NCBI GenBank assembly: GCA_043822785.1
Contig: JBDRBN010000043.1
Coordinates: 1-41,813, forward strand
Direction of reading: 5' to 3'
DNA from: Pseudomonadota bacterium
GTDB lineage: Bacteria; UBA10199; 2-02-FULL-44-16; JAAZCA01
DNA: 41,813 nt
Below are positions 16,141-28,799 of this stretch, one piece after another (position 1 is the first letter of the stretch; every line of letters starts with the position of its first letter). Under the pieces are notes generated by a model. That model saw nothing but the letters and a program-made list of their open reading frames with translations, made no database searches and had not been told where the DNA came from. Made by a program: the position numbers and the translations under genes.

Positions 16141-18477
16141 ATGTCTGAAGAGAAGAACAAAGAAGCTACGACTGAAGTTGTGGAAAAGCGAGTAAAGCCT
16201 ACGCTGATCCGTCGACGTGCAAAGAAGGTAGAGGCAACCAAAGAGCCCCTTCCTTCTGAGCTTACGGCAGAAGATGTGGGTGAGCCCGCTGCAGAAGCTG
16301 TGCTTGAAACAGCAGCCGAAGTTGCGGGGGCAGAGGAGAAGGCGGCAGAAGCCAAGCTGTCTGAAAAGCCAGGCCCTGGTCTGGTTGCTCCTTCAGAAGA
16401 GGAAAAGAAGATAGGCGTAGTAGGATACATCGAGCTTACGCCAACTGAAGTTGTTGCAAAAGCCAAAGAGGATTGGCGTGAAAAATATAAGAGGGCGCCT
16501 AGAAGACGAAAGAGTCGCGCTGAGATGGAGATGGAAGCTATTCAGCGCGCAGGCGGACTCAAACACTATGCTGACACAGTCGGCACCGATGAGACAGTCC
16601 CTGCAGAGGCCGGCCATGCCTTTGCCGATAGGGTATTTCAGCCCGCATATACTGGTAAGCGCAAACGTCCTGCGCGCAAGGTCTTTAAGAGAACTCAAGT
16701 TACTGAGGCTAAGGCCATCAAGAAGATCATAAGGATCGAAGATGGCATTAGTGTTTCAGCGCTGTCACAAGCATTGGGTGTTAAGGCAAACGAGATCGTA
16801 AAGAGGCTCATGGGTTTAGAGATCATGGCTACACTAAATCAGCAGATCGGCCCAGATACAGCATCGCTCATAGCTGAGGAGTATGGTTTTAAGGTTGAAC
16901 ATACGGCTTTCAAAGAGGAGGATGTTTTGGTGGAACCAGAAGCTCGCGTGTCTATCGAGAATTTAGAATCGCGATCACCTGTGGTAACTGTCATGGGCCA
17001 CGTCGATCATGGCAAGACATCTATCCTAGATGTCATTCGTAAGAGCAGTGTAGCCAAAGGAGAAGCCGGAGGCATCACTCAGCACATAGGCGCGTATGAA
17101 GTTAAGCACGGAGAGAGAAAGATCACATTCATAGACACGCCGGGTCATGAGGCGTTTACCACGATGCGCGCCAGGGGAGCGCAGGTTACTGATATAGTTG
17201 TTTTGGTCGTGGCTGCTGATGATGGAGTAATGCCGCAAACCATCGAGGCCATCTCACACTCCAAGGCCGCTGGAGTTCCTATCATCGTAGCTATCAACAA
17301 GATCGATAAGCCAGATGCCCAACCCGATCGCGTAAAGCAGTCGCTCACTGAATACGGGCTTGTACCTGAAGAGTGGGGCGGCGATTTGCTCTGCGTTAAC
17401 ACTTCAGCAAAGACCAAGGAAGGGATCGATCAGCTTCTGGAAACGATCCTCCTTCAAGCTGAGATGCTAGAGCTTTCGGCAGATCCTACTATTAGAGCCA
17501 AGGGAATTGTGGTGGAGGCATCGCTTGAAAAAGGCCGAGGACCAGTGGGAACCGTTCTCATACAGGAGGGTACGCTGCACGTTGGCGATTACATAGTATG
17601 TGGCACATGCGAGGGCAAAGTACGTGCAATGTTTGATGGAGGTGGAAAGAGCATAAAAGAAGCAGGGCCTTCTAAGCCTGCTGCTATTCTGGGCCTGTCT
17701 GGCGTGCCAGCGGCTGGAGATGAGATGATTGCTGCCGTTGACGAAAAGAGTGTACGCCTAGTGGCAGAGCAGCGCCGGCAAAAGGAGCGGGAGCGCGGAC
17801 TTGTAAGGCCTGTGCACGTATCTCTTGAGGATCTGTCGAAACAGATGGAAGAGGACGAGGCAAAGGAGTTGGGCGTCATACTCAAAGCAGATGTGCAAGG
17901 GTCGCTTGAGGCAGTGGGCGACTCACTCACCAAACTTTCGACCGATCAAGTTAAACTCAAGATCCTGCACGGCGCAGTGGGGGGAATCACTGAAAGCGAT
18001 ATCATGCTGGCATCAGCATCCGATGCCGTGGTGTTTGGTTTTAACGTCGTTGCTGATAACAAGGCCAAAACAGCTGCCGAGAATGAAAATATCGATGTTC
18101 GAACCTATCGTGTGATCTATGAGATGATAGATGAAGTGCGCAAGGCTATGGAAGGCTTGCTCGCGCCAGAAGAAAAGGAAGTGGCTTTGGGTCAGGCTGA
18201 AGTGCGTGAAGTATTTAAAATCTCGAAAGTCGGTACTGTGGCCGGTTGTCAGGTTGTAACGGGTAAGATCCAGAGAAACGCACATGCACGTCTTATAAGG
18301 GATCAGGTCGTAGTGTTCGAAGGCAAGTTTGCGTCGCTCAAACGCTTCAAGGACGATGTGAAGGAAGTTGCAGATGGTTATGAATGCGGCATCGGCGTTG
18401 ACGGTTTCAACGATATCAAGGTCGGCGATATAATAGAAGCATTTATCATAGAGAAAAAGCAGGCAAAGCTCACTTAA
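16141..18477 (+). CDS. infB: Translation initiation factor IF-2
   Basis: [30 protein letters not shown]. Confidence 0.98.
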   Translation: MSEEKNKEATTEVVEKRVKPTLIRRRAKKVEATKEPLPSELTAEDVGEPAAEAVLETAAEVAGAEEKAAEAKLSEKPGPGLVAPSEEEKKIGVVGYIELTPTEVVAKAKEDWREKYKRAPRRRKSRAEMEMEAIQRAGGLKHYADTVGTDETVPAEAGHAFADRVFQPAYTGKRKRPARKVFKRTQVTEAKAIKKIIRIEDGISVSALSQALGVKANEIVKRLMGLEIMATLNQQIGPDTASLIAEEYGFKVEHTAFKEEDVLVEPEARVSIENLESRSPVVTVMGHVDHGKTSILDVIRKSSVAKGEAGGITQHIGAYEVKHGERKITFIDTPGHEAFTTMRARGAQVTDIVVLVVAADDGVMPQTIEAISHSKAAGVPIIVAINKIDKPDAQPDRVKQSLTEYGLVPEEWGGDLLCVNTSAKTKEGIDQLLETILLQAEMLELSADPTIRAKGIVVEASLEKGRGPVGTVLIQEGTLHVGDYIVCGTCEGKVRAMFDGGGKSIKEAGPSKPAAILGLSGVPAAGDEMIAAVDEKSVRLVAEQRRQKERERGLVRPVHVSLEDLSKQMEEDEAKELGVILKADVQGSLEAVGDSLTKLSTDQVKLKILHGAVGGITESDIMLASASDAVVFGFNVVADNKAKTAAENENIDVRTYRVIYEMIDEVRKAMEGLLAPEEKEVALGQAEVREVFKISKVGTVAGCQVVTGKIQRNAHARLIRDQVVVFEGKFASLKRFKDDVKEVADGYECGIGVDGFNDIKVGDIIEAFIIEKKQAKLT

Positions 18478-18519
18478 GTGCAGCGTCTATCGGACGCAGG
18501 CACGGACGCGGACGCGGGG

Positions 18520-18807
18520 ATGATCGTTGGAATTTGTAAATTGGACCTCCGAATCTACGAGTGTCGATCCTTAAAGGAAAAGCGCCAGGCTCTCAGGCGA
18601 ATAAAGGACCGAACCCAGCACTCATTTGGAATAACTATAGCCGAGGTTGGATCGCAGGATTTGTGGCAACGAGCTGAGCTCGGATTTGCCATAGTTGGCA
18701 ACGACCGCAGGGTCATTGAAGGTTTGATGGAAAAGATACAGGGTTTTGTAGAAGGTCAAGCTAGCGCGCATATCATCGATCAATATAGAGAGATAATTAA
18801 CGTATGA
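18520..18807 (+). CDS. DUF503 (YlxP-like) protein
   Basis: MIVG...SLKEKR...AEVGSQDLWQRAELG; located between infB and rbfA. Confidence 0.88.
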   Translation: MIVGICKLDLRIYECRSLKEKRQALRRIKDRTQHSFGITIAEVGSQDLWQRAELGFAIVGNDRRVIEGLMEKIQGFVEGQASAHIIDQYREIINV

Positions 18808-19175
18808 GCAAGAACCTTCCATACGATAGAACAGAGCGAGTTGCTGATGCCATCTATCATCTCATTTCGCAGAAGATGTTGACCGATATCTCTGATCCCC
18901 GCCTTGATGGCATTCATGTTACCAAAGTTAAGATGACTCGTGATCTACGAATAGCTCGCATATATTTCCATATGAATGACGCCTCAGATGAACGCAAGGC
19001 CAGCGCAAACAAGGGATTTAAAAGCGCCACAGGCTATTTCAGGTGTTTAATCGGCCAGGAGCTCTCGCTTAAATTTACGCCTGAGGTAGAATTCTACTAT
19101 GATGATGCGATCGATGCGCACGAGAGGATCGAGGATTTGCTAGCACGGATAAAGGAGGACAAGGCACATGGATGA
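18804..19175 (+). CDS. rbfA: Ribosome-binding factor A
   Basis: RTERVA, DPRL, DLRIARIY, FTPEVEFYYD. Confidence 0.95.
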   Translation: MSKNLPYDRTERVADAIYHLISQKMLTDISDPRLDGIHVTKVKMTRDLRIARIYFHMNDASDERKASANKGFKSATGYFRCLIGQELSLKFTPEVEFYYDDAIDAHERIEDLLARIKEDKAHG

Positions 19176-20139
19176 ATACAGTGCATTTATTGAACGTTTA
19201 AAAAAAGCCAACAATTTTCTTATAGCATCACACTATAGCCCGGATGGAGATGGTATAGGCTCGGCCATTGCGCTTGGGATTGCGCTTGAAAAGATGGGGA
19301 AAAAGGCTGTGCTCTATAGTCTAGATGCTATTCCTGAAAATCTTAAGTTCCTTCCTTACACAGACAGATTCATAAGGAGCATACCGCCAGATGAGAAATA
19401 CGACATGGCCATCATGGTGGACTGTGCCCAGCGCAAGCGCATATCAGATGAATTTGCAGCCCATAGAGGTTTTGGAGCTGTGGCTTGTATCGATCATCAT
19501 GTGCTGGAAAAGGCAGAGGCAGATCTTTTGCTTTTGGATGGCCAGGCTGCTTCTACTGGCGAAGTCGTCATGGGACTCATGAAGCATGCCGGTGTTGAGG
19601 TGGATGCAGATGTTGCGCAGTTAATTTACACGACACTGGTTGTGGATACCGGCTTTTTTAAATACTCCAGTACAAATGCACATGCGTTGTCTTTGGCTGC
19701 AGAATTGGTAGAAAAGGGAGCCCAGCCATGGGTGGTGGCAAAAAATCTGGAAGAATCCTTTCCTGCTGCGCGGCTTAAACTCTTAGCGCGTTCGCTATCC
19801 ACATTGGAAATAGACATTGATGGCCGCTATGCGTGTATGGAGGTTACAAAAGCCATGCTCGATGAAACCAGTGCAACTGTAGATTTCTCTGATGAGTTTG
19901 CGACCTATCCTCGGGCTATCCGAGGTGTAGAGGTAGCAGCACTCTTTCGCGAGGTTGAAAAAGATCTCACAAAAGTGAGCCTTAGATCCAAAGATATAGT
20001 GGATGTTGCAATGCTGGCTAAATCCATGGGTGGTGGTGGGCATGCGCGCGCGGCAGGCGTAAGGGTGAAAGCTCCCTTGGCAGAAGCGAAGAAGAGAATA
20101 CGAGAAGCAGTGGAGAAAGCACTGCAAAGAGTGAAGTGA
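19168..20139 (+). CDS. nrnA: DHH/DHHA1 bifunctional oligoribonuclease/pAp phosphatase
   Basis: HxxPDGD, IDHH, DTG, SLRS and GGGGH motifs. Confidence 0.9.
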   Translation: MDEYSAFIERLKKANNFLIASHYSPDGDGIGSAIALGIALEKMGKKAVLYSLDAIPENLKFLPYTDRFIRSIPPDEKYDMAIMVDCAQRKRISDEFAAHRGFGAVACIDHHVLEKAEADLLLLDGQAASTGEVVMGLMKHAGVEVDADVAQLIYTTLVVDTGFFKYSSTNAHALSLAAELVEKGAQPWVVAKNLEESFPAARLKLLARSLSTLEIDIDGRYACMEVTKAMLDETSATVDFSDEFATYPRAIRGVEVAALFREVEKDLTKVSLRSKDIVDVAMLAKSMGGGGHARAAGVRVKAPLAEAKKRIREAVEKALQRVK

Positions 20140-20148
20140 GGTTAACTA

Positions 20149-20277
20149 TAAATCCAAAACCCTAAATTCTAAACAAATCCTAAATTCGAATTTCAAAATC
20201 CTAAACGTTTTTGTTTAGAACATTTGAAATTTGGATTTAGAAATTATTTCGGATTTCGAGATTCGGATTTCGAATTT
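20149..20277. repeat. Degenerate heptamer array in inverted arms
   Basis: AAATCCT/AAATTCT/AAATTCG units followed by complementary GGATTTC/GAAATTT units. Confidence 0.85.
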
Positions 20278-20293
20278 GTAGTTCCATTATCTT

Positions 20294-21022
20294 ATGATAT
20301 CAGCAATTCAAAACAAGACGTCCACTATAGACGGGGTCCTCGTGGTTGATAAGCCAGCAGGGCCAACTTCTCACGATATAGTTTCGATGGTAAAGCGACT
20401 GACAGGTGCCAGCAAAATAGGTCACTTAGGTACTCTTGATCCTGCTGCTAGCGGCGTTTTACCACTTGCTATCAATGAAGCTACTACGATGGCTGGCCAG
20501 CTTGCAGGTATTGATAAGGTATATGAGTTTACTCTTTGCCTTGGCACTACGACAACGACGGATGATTCAGCAGGAGATGTCATAGCTCAAGCTCCTGCCT
20601 TACCAGATTTGATGGCAAATCTGCGTTTGATTTTGCCGCGATTCACAGGTTCTATTTTGCAAAGGCCACCTCGATTTTCTGCTATCAAAGTTAGGGGTAA
20701 GAGGGCATATGAGCTTGCTAGAAAGGGCATAGATTTCGAGCTTGAACCAAGAAGCGTGAGAATCGATTCCATCGATATAATAGGTGAAAACTGGCCACAG
20801 TTAAGGCTTCGCATGTCATGCAATTCTGGCACCTATGTACGAAGCCTATGCAGGGATTTGGGCAATGCATTGGGCTGTGGCGGTCATGCCAAGGATATTA
20901 GGCGGCTTAAGAGTGGACCTTATATAATAGATAAAGCGCTAACCATGGATGACCTACAAAAAGAGCCATCGATGTGGCTCAAACACCTTATACTGATAAA
21001 AAAAACTCTTTACACACCATAA
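20294..21022 (+). CDS. truB: tRNA pseudouridine(55) synthase, short form
   Basis: [34 protein letters not shown]. Confidence 0.95.
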   Translation: MISAIQNKTSTIDGVLVVDKPAGPTSHDIVSMVKRLTGASKIGHLGTLDPAASGVLPLAINEATTMAGQLAGIDKVYEFTLCLGTTTTTDDSAGDVIAQAPALPDLMANLRLILPRFTGSILQRPPRFSAIKVRGKRAYELARKGIDFELEPRSVRIDSIDIIGENWPQLRLRMSCNSGTYVRSLCRDLGNALGCGGHAKDIRRLKSGPYIIDKALTMDDLQKEPSMWLKHLILIKKTLYTP

Positions 21023-21047
21023 GTTATATATTAAGAGCGCACTTCCT

Positions 21048-21317
21048 ATGACACTTGAGAAGGCGAAAAAAGAAGATATCGTAAACAAATTCCGCACGCA
21101 CGAAGGTGATACGGGCTCACCAGAAGTACAGATAGCCCTGCTTACAGAGCGGATCAATCAGCTAACAGGGCATTTTGATATGCATAAGAAAGATCATGCG
21201 TCTCGTCGCGGCTTGCTCAAGATGGTAGGCCGCAGGCGTAAGCTGCTGGGCTACCTTAAGAAGCACAATGAGAATGGTTACAAGTCCATCATAGGCGAAC
21301 TCGGTATAAGAAAATAA
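21048..21317 (+). CDS. rpsO: 30S ribosomal protein S15
   Basis: [27 protein letters not shown]. Confidence 0.98.
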   Translation: MTLEKAKKEDIVNKFRTHEGDTGSPEVQIALLTERINQLTGHFDMHKKDHASRRGLLKMVGRRRKLLGYLKKHNENGYKSIIGELGIRK

Positions 21318-21536
21318 GCTGTATACGGAAATACGGAAGGAGAGAGAACTGATAATTTAAATCAACGCTCGCTTTAAAAGGCGAGCGCAGTTGTAAGTTA
21401 TCAGAAATCCCTCCCTTTCAATTCCTGTGTATCGCAGGCTCGAAATTTATAATTAATAATTAAGGCAGAGTAAACGCATGTGCCCTGATACATAACACGT
21501 GTGCATTAGCGTCTTGCCTGAAAGAGAGGAACAATA

Positions 21537-23645
21537 ATGACAAAGAAAATTGAAACAAATCTGGGCGGAAGACCGCTTACTATCGAAACCGGAAGGATTG
21601 CAAAGCAGGCTGGCGGTTCTGTGCTAATATACTATGGCGATTCAATTGTGTTAGTGACAGCCCAGGCCAAGAATCAGCCAGCTGAAGGTCGCGACTTTCT
21701 GCCGCTCTCAGTGGATTATATCGAGAAAACATTTGCAGCAGGAAAGATCCCGGGTGGATTCTTCAAGCGAGAGGGTAGACCGACCGCGCGCGAGACTCAG
21801 ACAAGCCGTCTGATCGACCGTCCTATCCGCCCGCTCTTTCCCGAGGGATACTTTAATGAAACCCAGGTCATCGCAACGGTTCTATCGGCAGACAACGATC
21901 ATGATCCTGACACCTTGGGTGCTATTGGCGCATCAGCTGCACTCATGATATCGCCATATCCTTTTAAAGGCCCTATCGGGTGCGTGAGGGTGGGCAGGGT
22001 GGGGGGCAAGCTCATCTGCAACCCCACAGAGGCAGAACGCGACAAGAGCGACATAGATCTTATAGTCGCAGGAACGCGCGATGCTATAGTCATGGTTGAA
22101 GGCGGCGCTGAGATGGTTCCTGAAGAGGAGATGATTGAGGCGCTCATGTTTGCCCACAAGCAGATGCAGCCTGCAATCGATGCTCAGCTTGAACTTCAAA
22201 AGCAGGTTGGCAAGCCAAAGCTGGATGACCCAATTCTTTCAGATACATCTGAGCTAAAAGAGAAAATAAAGAAAGCTCTGGAAGATAGGCTTGCAAAGGC
22301 TGTTAGCATTCCGACTAAACTTGAGCGCTATGCTGCATTGGATGAACTCAAGGATTCGCTCATAGAGGAAATCGTTCCTGAGGATGACGAGACCGGCATG
22401 GCGAGCCATGTGAAAGAAGTATTTTCTGATATCAAGAAGGATTATGTAAGAAACATGATCCTGCATGATGGCAGCAGGATAGATGGCAGGGGGCTTACCG
22501 ATGTGCGGCACATATCCTGTGAAGTCTCGATGTTACCACGTGCACACGGCTCAGCGCTTTTCACAAGGGGAGAGACGCAGGCGCTGGCAACTGTTACTCT
22601 GGGAACAAAAGAGGATCAGCAGCTCATAGAGAACATAACAGAGGAGCGCTATGAGAAGTTCATGCTCCATTATAATTTTCCGCCCTTTTCAGTCGGCGAG
22701 GTAAAGTTTTTGCGTGGTCCAAGTCGCCGCGAGATAGGCCATGGCGCTTTAGCTGAACGTGCGCTCCGAAAGATATTGCCTTCCGAAGATGATTTTCCTT
22801 ACACGATAAGGGTGGTCTCTGAAATTTTAGAGTCAAACGGTTCGTCATCCATGGCAACCGTATGTGGCTCGATTTTAGCACTCATGGATGCTGGCGTGCC
22901 TATCAAAGCTCCAGTGGCAGGCGTGGCAATGGGGCTCATCAAGGAAGACAAGCAGACAGCAGTGCTTACTGACATCTTAGGTGATGAGGATCATTTGGGC
23001 GATATGGATTTCAAGGTTTGCGGCACAAGCACTGGCATCACTGGGCTGCAGATGGATATAAAAATAAGCGGCATCGATCGCGAAATTCTTTCAAAGGCGC
23101 TAAGACAAGCGCGCGATGCTAGACTCCTTATTCTCGACAGAATGGAGGAGACCATTGCCAAACCAAGAAAAGAGCTGTCGCCATTTGCTCCGAAGCTTAC
23201 GGTGATCAAGATACCTGTGGCTCGCATCGGCGATCTCATAGGGCCCGGTGGAAAGAACGTGCGCAAGATAATCGAAGAGACTGGCGCCACCATCGACATC
23301 AATGATGATGGCACAGTAGTGATCGGAGCAGTCGATCAAGCATCAGGAGACGCAGCTATACGCGCGGTGAAACGCTCTACAGCGTCGCCTGAAGCAGGCA
23401 AGTACTACAAGGGCAAGGTAGTGCGCATTCTAGATTTTGGCGCGTTTGTAGAGATCTTTCCAAAGGTCGATGGTCTTTTGCATATTTCGCAGATCGCCAA
23501 GGAGCGCATAAAGCAGGTGACAGATGTGCTCAATGTGGGCGATGAAGTGGTCGTAAAAGTCCTGGAAATCGATGCGGAGAGCGGCAAGATAAGGCTATCG
23601 CGCAAAGACGCTTTTGGACATGAGGATGAAGTAGAGGAAATATAA
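21537..23645 (+). CDS. pnp: Polyribonucleotide nucleotidyltransferase (PNPase)
   Basis: PGGFFKREG, RREIGHG, ESNGSSSMA, DHLGDMDFK, KH and S1 domains. Confidence 0.98.
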   Translation: MTKKIETNLGGRPLTIETGRIAKQAGGSVLIYYGDSIVLVTAQAKNQPAEGRDFLPLSVDYIEKTFAAGKIPGGFFKREGRPTARETQTSRLIDRPIRPLFPEGYFNETQVIATVLSADNDHDPDTLGAIGASAALMISPYPFKGPIGCVRVGRVGGKLICNPTEAERDKSDIDLIVAGTRDAIVMVEGGAEMVPEEEMIEALMFAHKQMQPAIDAQLELQKQVGKPKLDDPILSDTSELKEKIKKALEDRLAKAVSIPTKLERYAALDELKDSLIEEIVPEDDETGMASHVKEVFSDIKKDYVRNMILHDGSRIDGRGLTDVRHISCEVSMLPRAHGSALFTRGETQALATVTLGTKEDQQLIENITEERYEKFMLHYNFPPFSVGEVKFLRGPSRREIGHGALAERALRKILPSEDDFPYTIRVVSEILESNGSSSMATVCGSILALMDAGVPIKAPVAGVAMGLIKEDKQTAVLTDILGDEDHLGDMDFKVCGTSTGITGLQMDIKISGIDREILSKALRQARDARLLILDRMEETIAKPRKELSPFAPKLTVIKIPVARIGDLIGPGGKNVRKIIEETGATIDINDDGTVVIGAVDQASGDAAIRAVKRSTASPEAGKYYKGKVVRILDFGAFVEIFPKVDGLLHISQIAKERIKQVTDVLNVGDEVVVKVLEIDAESGKIRLSRKDAFGHEDEVEEI

Positions 23646-23673
23646 GAGCAGTGACTAGTAACCAGTGACCAGT

Positions 23674-23709
23674 AAAAAAAAGGCTCCGTGTTTTCACGGA
23701 GCCTGTTTT
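23674..23709. terminator. Bidirectional intrinsic terminator between pnp and coaE
   Basis: A-run, AGGCTCCGTG-TTTT-CACGGAGCCT, then GTTTT. Confidence 0.85.
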
Positions 23710-23736
23710 GTATGATAATAAATTTCTATTTGTAGA

Positions 23737-24372
23737 TTACCTGGTTTTTTGACGAGGGAACTTGCCTTGCACCATATCCTTGTGTAGGCGCTTTACCTGT
23801 ACTTCGGTTTCTTCCAGAGGACCGTCGTTTTCGATGACCACATCAGCATGCTCTACCTTTCGCTCAAGAGGATATTGTGCGCCAAGCCTTAGCAGCACCT
23901 CGTCTCGGCTCATTCCAAACTTTTGCTCACAGCGTTCGATCTCTTGCTCTTCGTTGCAGCGCACTACGATTATGGCGTCGAAAAGACTTTCCCACCGCGC
24001 TTCATACAGGAGTGGAATCTCGGCAATGGCAAAAGCATGACCATTACGCCCTAGATCTGCCATGCGTTTTTCTATTTCGCGCTTCACATATGGATGGATT
24101 TGGGACTCAAGAAACTTCCTCTCATCAAGATCCTGAAATACGATGCGCGCGATAGCTTCTCTATTGACTGTTCCGTCTTCCAAAAGGATCACACCTCCAT
24201 ATCTCTCATACACTGCCTTCCATACTGCGGACTGAGGTTTTAGCGCTTCATGTGCTATCTCGTCTGCATCGAGTATAGGTACCCCTAGTTCGCCAAACAT
24301 CCACGACACCGTAGATTTGCCTGTCCCGATATTGCCGGTAAGCCCAATTTTTTTCATCTCTGCCTTACTCAT
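23737..24372 (-). CDS. coaE: Dephospho-CoA kinase
   Basis: IGLTGNIGTGKSTV, DADEIAH, EIPLLYE. Confidence 0.95.
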   Translation of the reverse strand: MSKAEMKKIGLTGNIGTGKSTVSWMFGELGVPILDADEIAHEALKPQSAVWKAVYERYGGVILLEDGTVNREAIARIVFQDLDERKFLESQIHPYVKREIEKRMADLGRNGHAFAIAEIPLLYEARWESLFDAIIVVRCNEEQEIERCEQKFGMSRDEVLLRLGAQYPLERKVEHADVVIENDGPLEETEVQVKRLHKDMVQGKFPRQKTR

Positions 24373-24826
24373 CTGTTACCTCATCGGGTTTGGTCTTTGA
24401 TGTACGCTTTAGATCAAATAGAATTGCCAAAAGCACGCGCGTAGCTACATCGCCCATGCCTACCAGATCCTCCACATCCTCACCTTTGGGTTCATCGCGG
24501 GGAGAGCCTAATATGCTAAGTGCTAGTTCCATAGCCATTTTCCATTCAGGGGAGAGCATGGCATGCACTTGACGGATCGGCGGATATTCCTGTGCTTGTT
24601 TTTCCATGGTCCAGCAAACAGATTCGGCAAAATCTTTAAGCTTCCATTCATCGCCGAGCTCGTCGCGCACTTTGATGAGCTTATCGAATATTCCTGGCAG
24701 GTCAGGGTCCATCTCTAGCGCCTTGCGATATTGGGCAAGGGCTTTATCCAACTTTCCTTTTTCTAAAAGTTTATCGCCTTTGGATTCGTGCTTGGCTGCT
24801 TTATCGCGATCGGTCTTTTTTGCCAC
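24365..24826 (-). CDS. Small TPR-containing protein
   Basis: GKLDKALAQYRKALEMDP TPR-like helix pair. Confidence 0.65.
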   Translation of the reverse strand: MAKKTDRDKAAKHESKGDKLLEKGKLDKALAQYRKALEMDPDLPGIFDKLIKVRDELGDEWKLKDFAESVCWTMEKQAQEYPPIRQVHAMLSPEWKMAMELALSILGSPRDEPKGEDVEDLVGMGDVATRVLLAILFDLKRTSKTKPDEVTDE

Positions 24827-24841
24827 CCATCACCCCCGTTG

Positions 24842-26299
24842 TTACCTTTCTCGCTTGTCTCGCGCTTTTTGCATCAACTTATGCGCGATTATCTCTTGTA
24901 GAACATCGGGATTTTCCATCATTTGCTTTGCAAGTGCAAGGAGTTGTTCCTGTGTGTTAAGCCCTGGGTCGTCGAGAACTTGCTCCACGAGCTTTTCGAT
25001 TACGGCTCCCAAAGCCGGCCCCTCTGGAATGCCCTCCTTCATGAGATCGTGCCCGTTGATTGCCAGATCCTGGGGTCCGAAAGGCGGTTTTTTCGCGAGC
25101 TCCTCATAGATTCGGCTACGAAGCCTGCTTACCCCCTTGATGCCATATGGATGCTTACCTCCGCGATTGTCAGCTAGCCTTACATCCAAGAGTTTGAATA
25201 TAAGATCCTTACCGACTTTTGCTACAAATCTTCTGATGGCACGATCAGTGAAGGAAGCATTGGTCTCGAACATATGATTTTCGATTAGCTTGAGCACATT
25301 CGAAGTATTAATGCCCACACCAGAGAGCTTAAGCCTTTCCGTCACTTTTCGAGTGAGTTTGAGCGAGACGATCTGATGGCCAAAAAAGACTATGCGCTTG
25401 GATGGCGGGTGAAAGCGCGCTGTCCTTGCCTTGCCAATATCGTGCAGAAGGGTTGCGAACATGACTTCAAGATCGCCTTTGTGTTCAATGGCTGAGTCTG
25501 CTCTTGCTGCGTCTAGTGCCCTCATGGTGTGCCCATAAACATCATCGCCTGGCTGCTTGTCCTGCTCTATGCCCTTTATCGCAACCAGTTCTGGAAGAAC
25601 GACTTTAAGAAGGCCTGACTCATCCATGAGGTCAAAGCCTATGGATGGCTTAGGTGCGCTCATGAGCTTTACGATCTCCATTCCAATACGTTCTCCAGAA
25701 ACAGTTGAAATGAGGTGAGCGTTTTTACACATGGCTTTCCAGGTTTGCTCATCTATCTTTAGTTCAAAGCGCGCAGCAAACTGTATAGCGCGCAAAAGCC
25801 TTAAAGGATCCTCTTCAAAAGCTTTTGGAAACACTATTTTGAGAATTCGCTTGTCTAGATCGCCGCTTCCGCCAAAGGGATCTATCAGTTTTCCATCAGC
25901 GAGCGATATTGCCATAGCATTTATAGTAAAATCGCGGCGTCCCAGATCTTCTTCGACCGTAATCTCAGGATCGAAGTTCACATCAAAATCGCGATGACCA
26001 TCTCCTGTAGAGAGCTCGCGCCTGGGAAGGGCAATATCAACTGCCAGTTCCTTTGCCCTGTGCGGACAAAACTTTATTACGCCAAAAGATTTTCCAACTG
26101 CAGCGACTTTGCCATACGGCGACAGCAGGGCAGATATTCTTTTCATGCTCAGATGACGGCATAGCAAGTCATGATCTTTTGCTTTCTTTCCCATAATGCG
26201 ATCGCGCACAGGACCACCAACTTCATATACCTCACCGCCAGCCTTTGTAAGGATATCTGTGTAAATGGAAATGTCGTTGTGCTTTGATCTATTGAGCAT
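24842..26299 (-). CDS. cca: Class II CCA-adding tRNA nucleotidyltransferase with HD domain
   Basis: VGGPVRD, DHD, RRDFTINAMA, EDPLRLLR, LLHDIGK; flexible loop with RxE present; start uncertain. Confidence 0.85.
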   Translation of the reverse strand: MLNRSKHNDISIYTDILTKAGGEVYEVGGPVRDRIMGKKAKDHDLLCRHLSMKRISALLSPYGKVAAVGKSFGVIKFCPHRAKELAVDIALPRRELSTGDGHRDFDVNFDPEITVEEDLGRRDFTINAMAISLADGKLIDPFGGSGDLDKRILKIVFPKAFEEDPLRLLRAIQFAARFELKIDEQTWKAMCKNAHLISTVSGERIGMEIVKLMSAPKPSIGFDLMDESGLLKVVLPELVAIKGIEQDKQPGDDVYGHTMRALDAARADSAIEHKGDLEVMFATLLHDIGKARTARFHPPSKRIVFFGHQIVSLKLTRKVTERLKLSGVGINTSNVLKLIENHMFETNASFTDRAIRRFVAKVGKDLIFKLLDVRLADNRGGKHPYGIKGVSRLRSRIYEELAKKPPFGPQDLAINGHDLMKEGIPEGPALGAVIEKLVEQVLDDPGLNTQEQLLALAKQMMENPDVLQEIIAHKLMQKARDKRER

Positions 26300-26331
26300 G
26301 TTTGAAAGTGCCAGCAACGCGAGAAACATAG

Positions 26332-26390
26332 ACTGGTCACTGGTCACTGGTCACTGGTCACTGGTCACTGGTTACTGGTCACTGGTCACT
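26332..26390. repeat. Heptamer tandem array (ACTGGTC)x8, one variant unit
   Basis: Read directly from the sequence; includes the TGA stop of the upstream minus-strand gene. Confidence 0.95.
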
Positions 26391-27395
26391 GTCTTGCAGG
26401 AAACTTTGCACCTTTGCCTTCTCAGATAGCTTTGCCATCCAAGAGCTAAAGAAATTGCGAGCTGGCCAAAATGTGCTTTTGTCGCTCTTGGTTTCTTTTT
26501 TCTCAACAAGTCTGACTATGTAGATCTTTTCGCCTCGCTCTATAGGCTTTGCTATGATGGGTTTTTCGGCGGTGAGCCCAAAGATCTCGGTCATGTCATC
26601 GATATTTCCATGTCCATCCAGAAGCGCTTTGCGTTCTCTAATGGCAATGGGTCCGATTTTGGTTGGGGTTATCTTAAAAGCGCTTAGCATGCCTTTCCAT
26701 TTTTTAGGATCTGCAGAGATGAGAAGCTTTGCTAGGTCTTTAGTTTCATCTGAAGATTTTATTGCCTTGCTTTCAAGAAGATCGCTGGAATCAAGGGTTA
26801 TGCTTTCAAACGTCCATTCATATTCAACTCGGCTCGTATCTGAATCATCATTAGATGTTTGAGCCTGATCTATGTTCTCAAACATGGATGCGAGCGTTTC
26901 CAGCTTCAAGTCCTCGAGCACAAAATTCTCGTAGTTAAGTCCAAAGCGCTCTTTGAAATATGGCAAAAACTGATGCCGGTAAAATATGGAATCAAATTCA
27001 CCATCCTTCTGTGCATAGGGCGTCTGCATAATTGCATTTGCAAGCCTTGCATCTGATATCACGATTCCCATCTCATCAGCTTGTGTAAGTCCTAGCTCGC
27101 GTGTGATGAGCTGCCTGAGTGTGGAAGACTGGGCCATCTTGCGTACAAAATCCGGCACTTCTTTGCCTCCAAAGGATTGGCGGAGGCGCTCGTAGTTATT
27201 ATCGAGCAGGAATTTATATTCGGCAACGGATAGGGGTTTGCCGTTTACCGTAGCCACTGCTTCGCCAACGTGCGCCCCGCGGGATGCTCTGCGCATGGAG
27301 CTGTAGCCAAAGAAGAAAATAAACGATATTACGATGGTTCCAAGGAGGACCTTAATCATCCATGAGGAGGCGTGTTTTCTAAGAATATCAAGCAT
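26379..27395 (-). CDS. SurA-N/PpiD-like periplasmic chaperone, shortened
   Basis: MLDILRKHASSW..TM..VATVNG..F.KDGEFD pattern typical of the PpiD N-terminus. Confidence 0.75.
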   Translation of the reverse strand: MLDILRKHASSWMIKVLLGTIVISFIFFFGYSSMRRASRGAHVGEAVATVNGKPLSVAEYKFLLDNNYERLRQSFGGKEVPDFVRKMAQSSTLRQLITRELGLTQADEMGIVISDARLANAIMQTPYAQKDGEFDSIFYRHQFLPYFKERFGLNYENFVLEDLKLETLASMFENIDQAQTSNDDSDTSRVEYEWTFESITLDSSDLLESKAIKSSDETKDLAKLLISADPKKWKGMLSAFKITPTKIGPIAIRERKALLDGHGNIDDMTEIFGLTAEKPIIAKPIERGEKIYIVRLVEKKETKSDKSTFWPARNFFSSWMAKLSEKAKVQSFLQDSDQ

Positions 27396-27660
27396 ATTTG
27401 AATCCTAACCTTTTTGGCTAACGGCATACGGCCCTCGGCTCGTTCGCTTTGCTCACTTACGGCTAACGGCACTTGTTGTAAGCAGTTGGTTGTTAGCTGT
27501 GAGCTGTAAGCGAAAGAAGTGAGCGAGCTGTTTGCCGTAAGCTGCTTGTTGCTGGCTCGTAACCGATGATATGATATAAATCAACAATTTTGTTGATCTT
27601 TCTTGAGGGGTCTGTTTAGATCCGACAACTTTTTGAGTCTTCTTAATAAAGGGGGCGTAA

Positions 27661-28698
<1,038 letters not shown>

Positions 28699-28799
28699 GA
28701 GCTGCCAGCAACGCGAGAAACGCAAGTAACGTGTAACAGGAAGAAGTGTTTTAGAGATTGACGTTGCTGGTTTTGCTTGCGTTGCTTGCTTTTTTTAAG

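Noticed and set aside
26332..26390. CRISPR array (also considered for the other repeat arrays)
   Set aside because: These are contiguous 6-9 nt units without unique spacers, and no cas genes are present.
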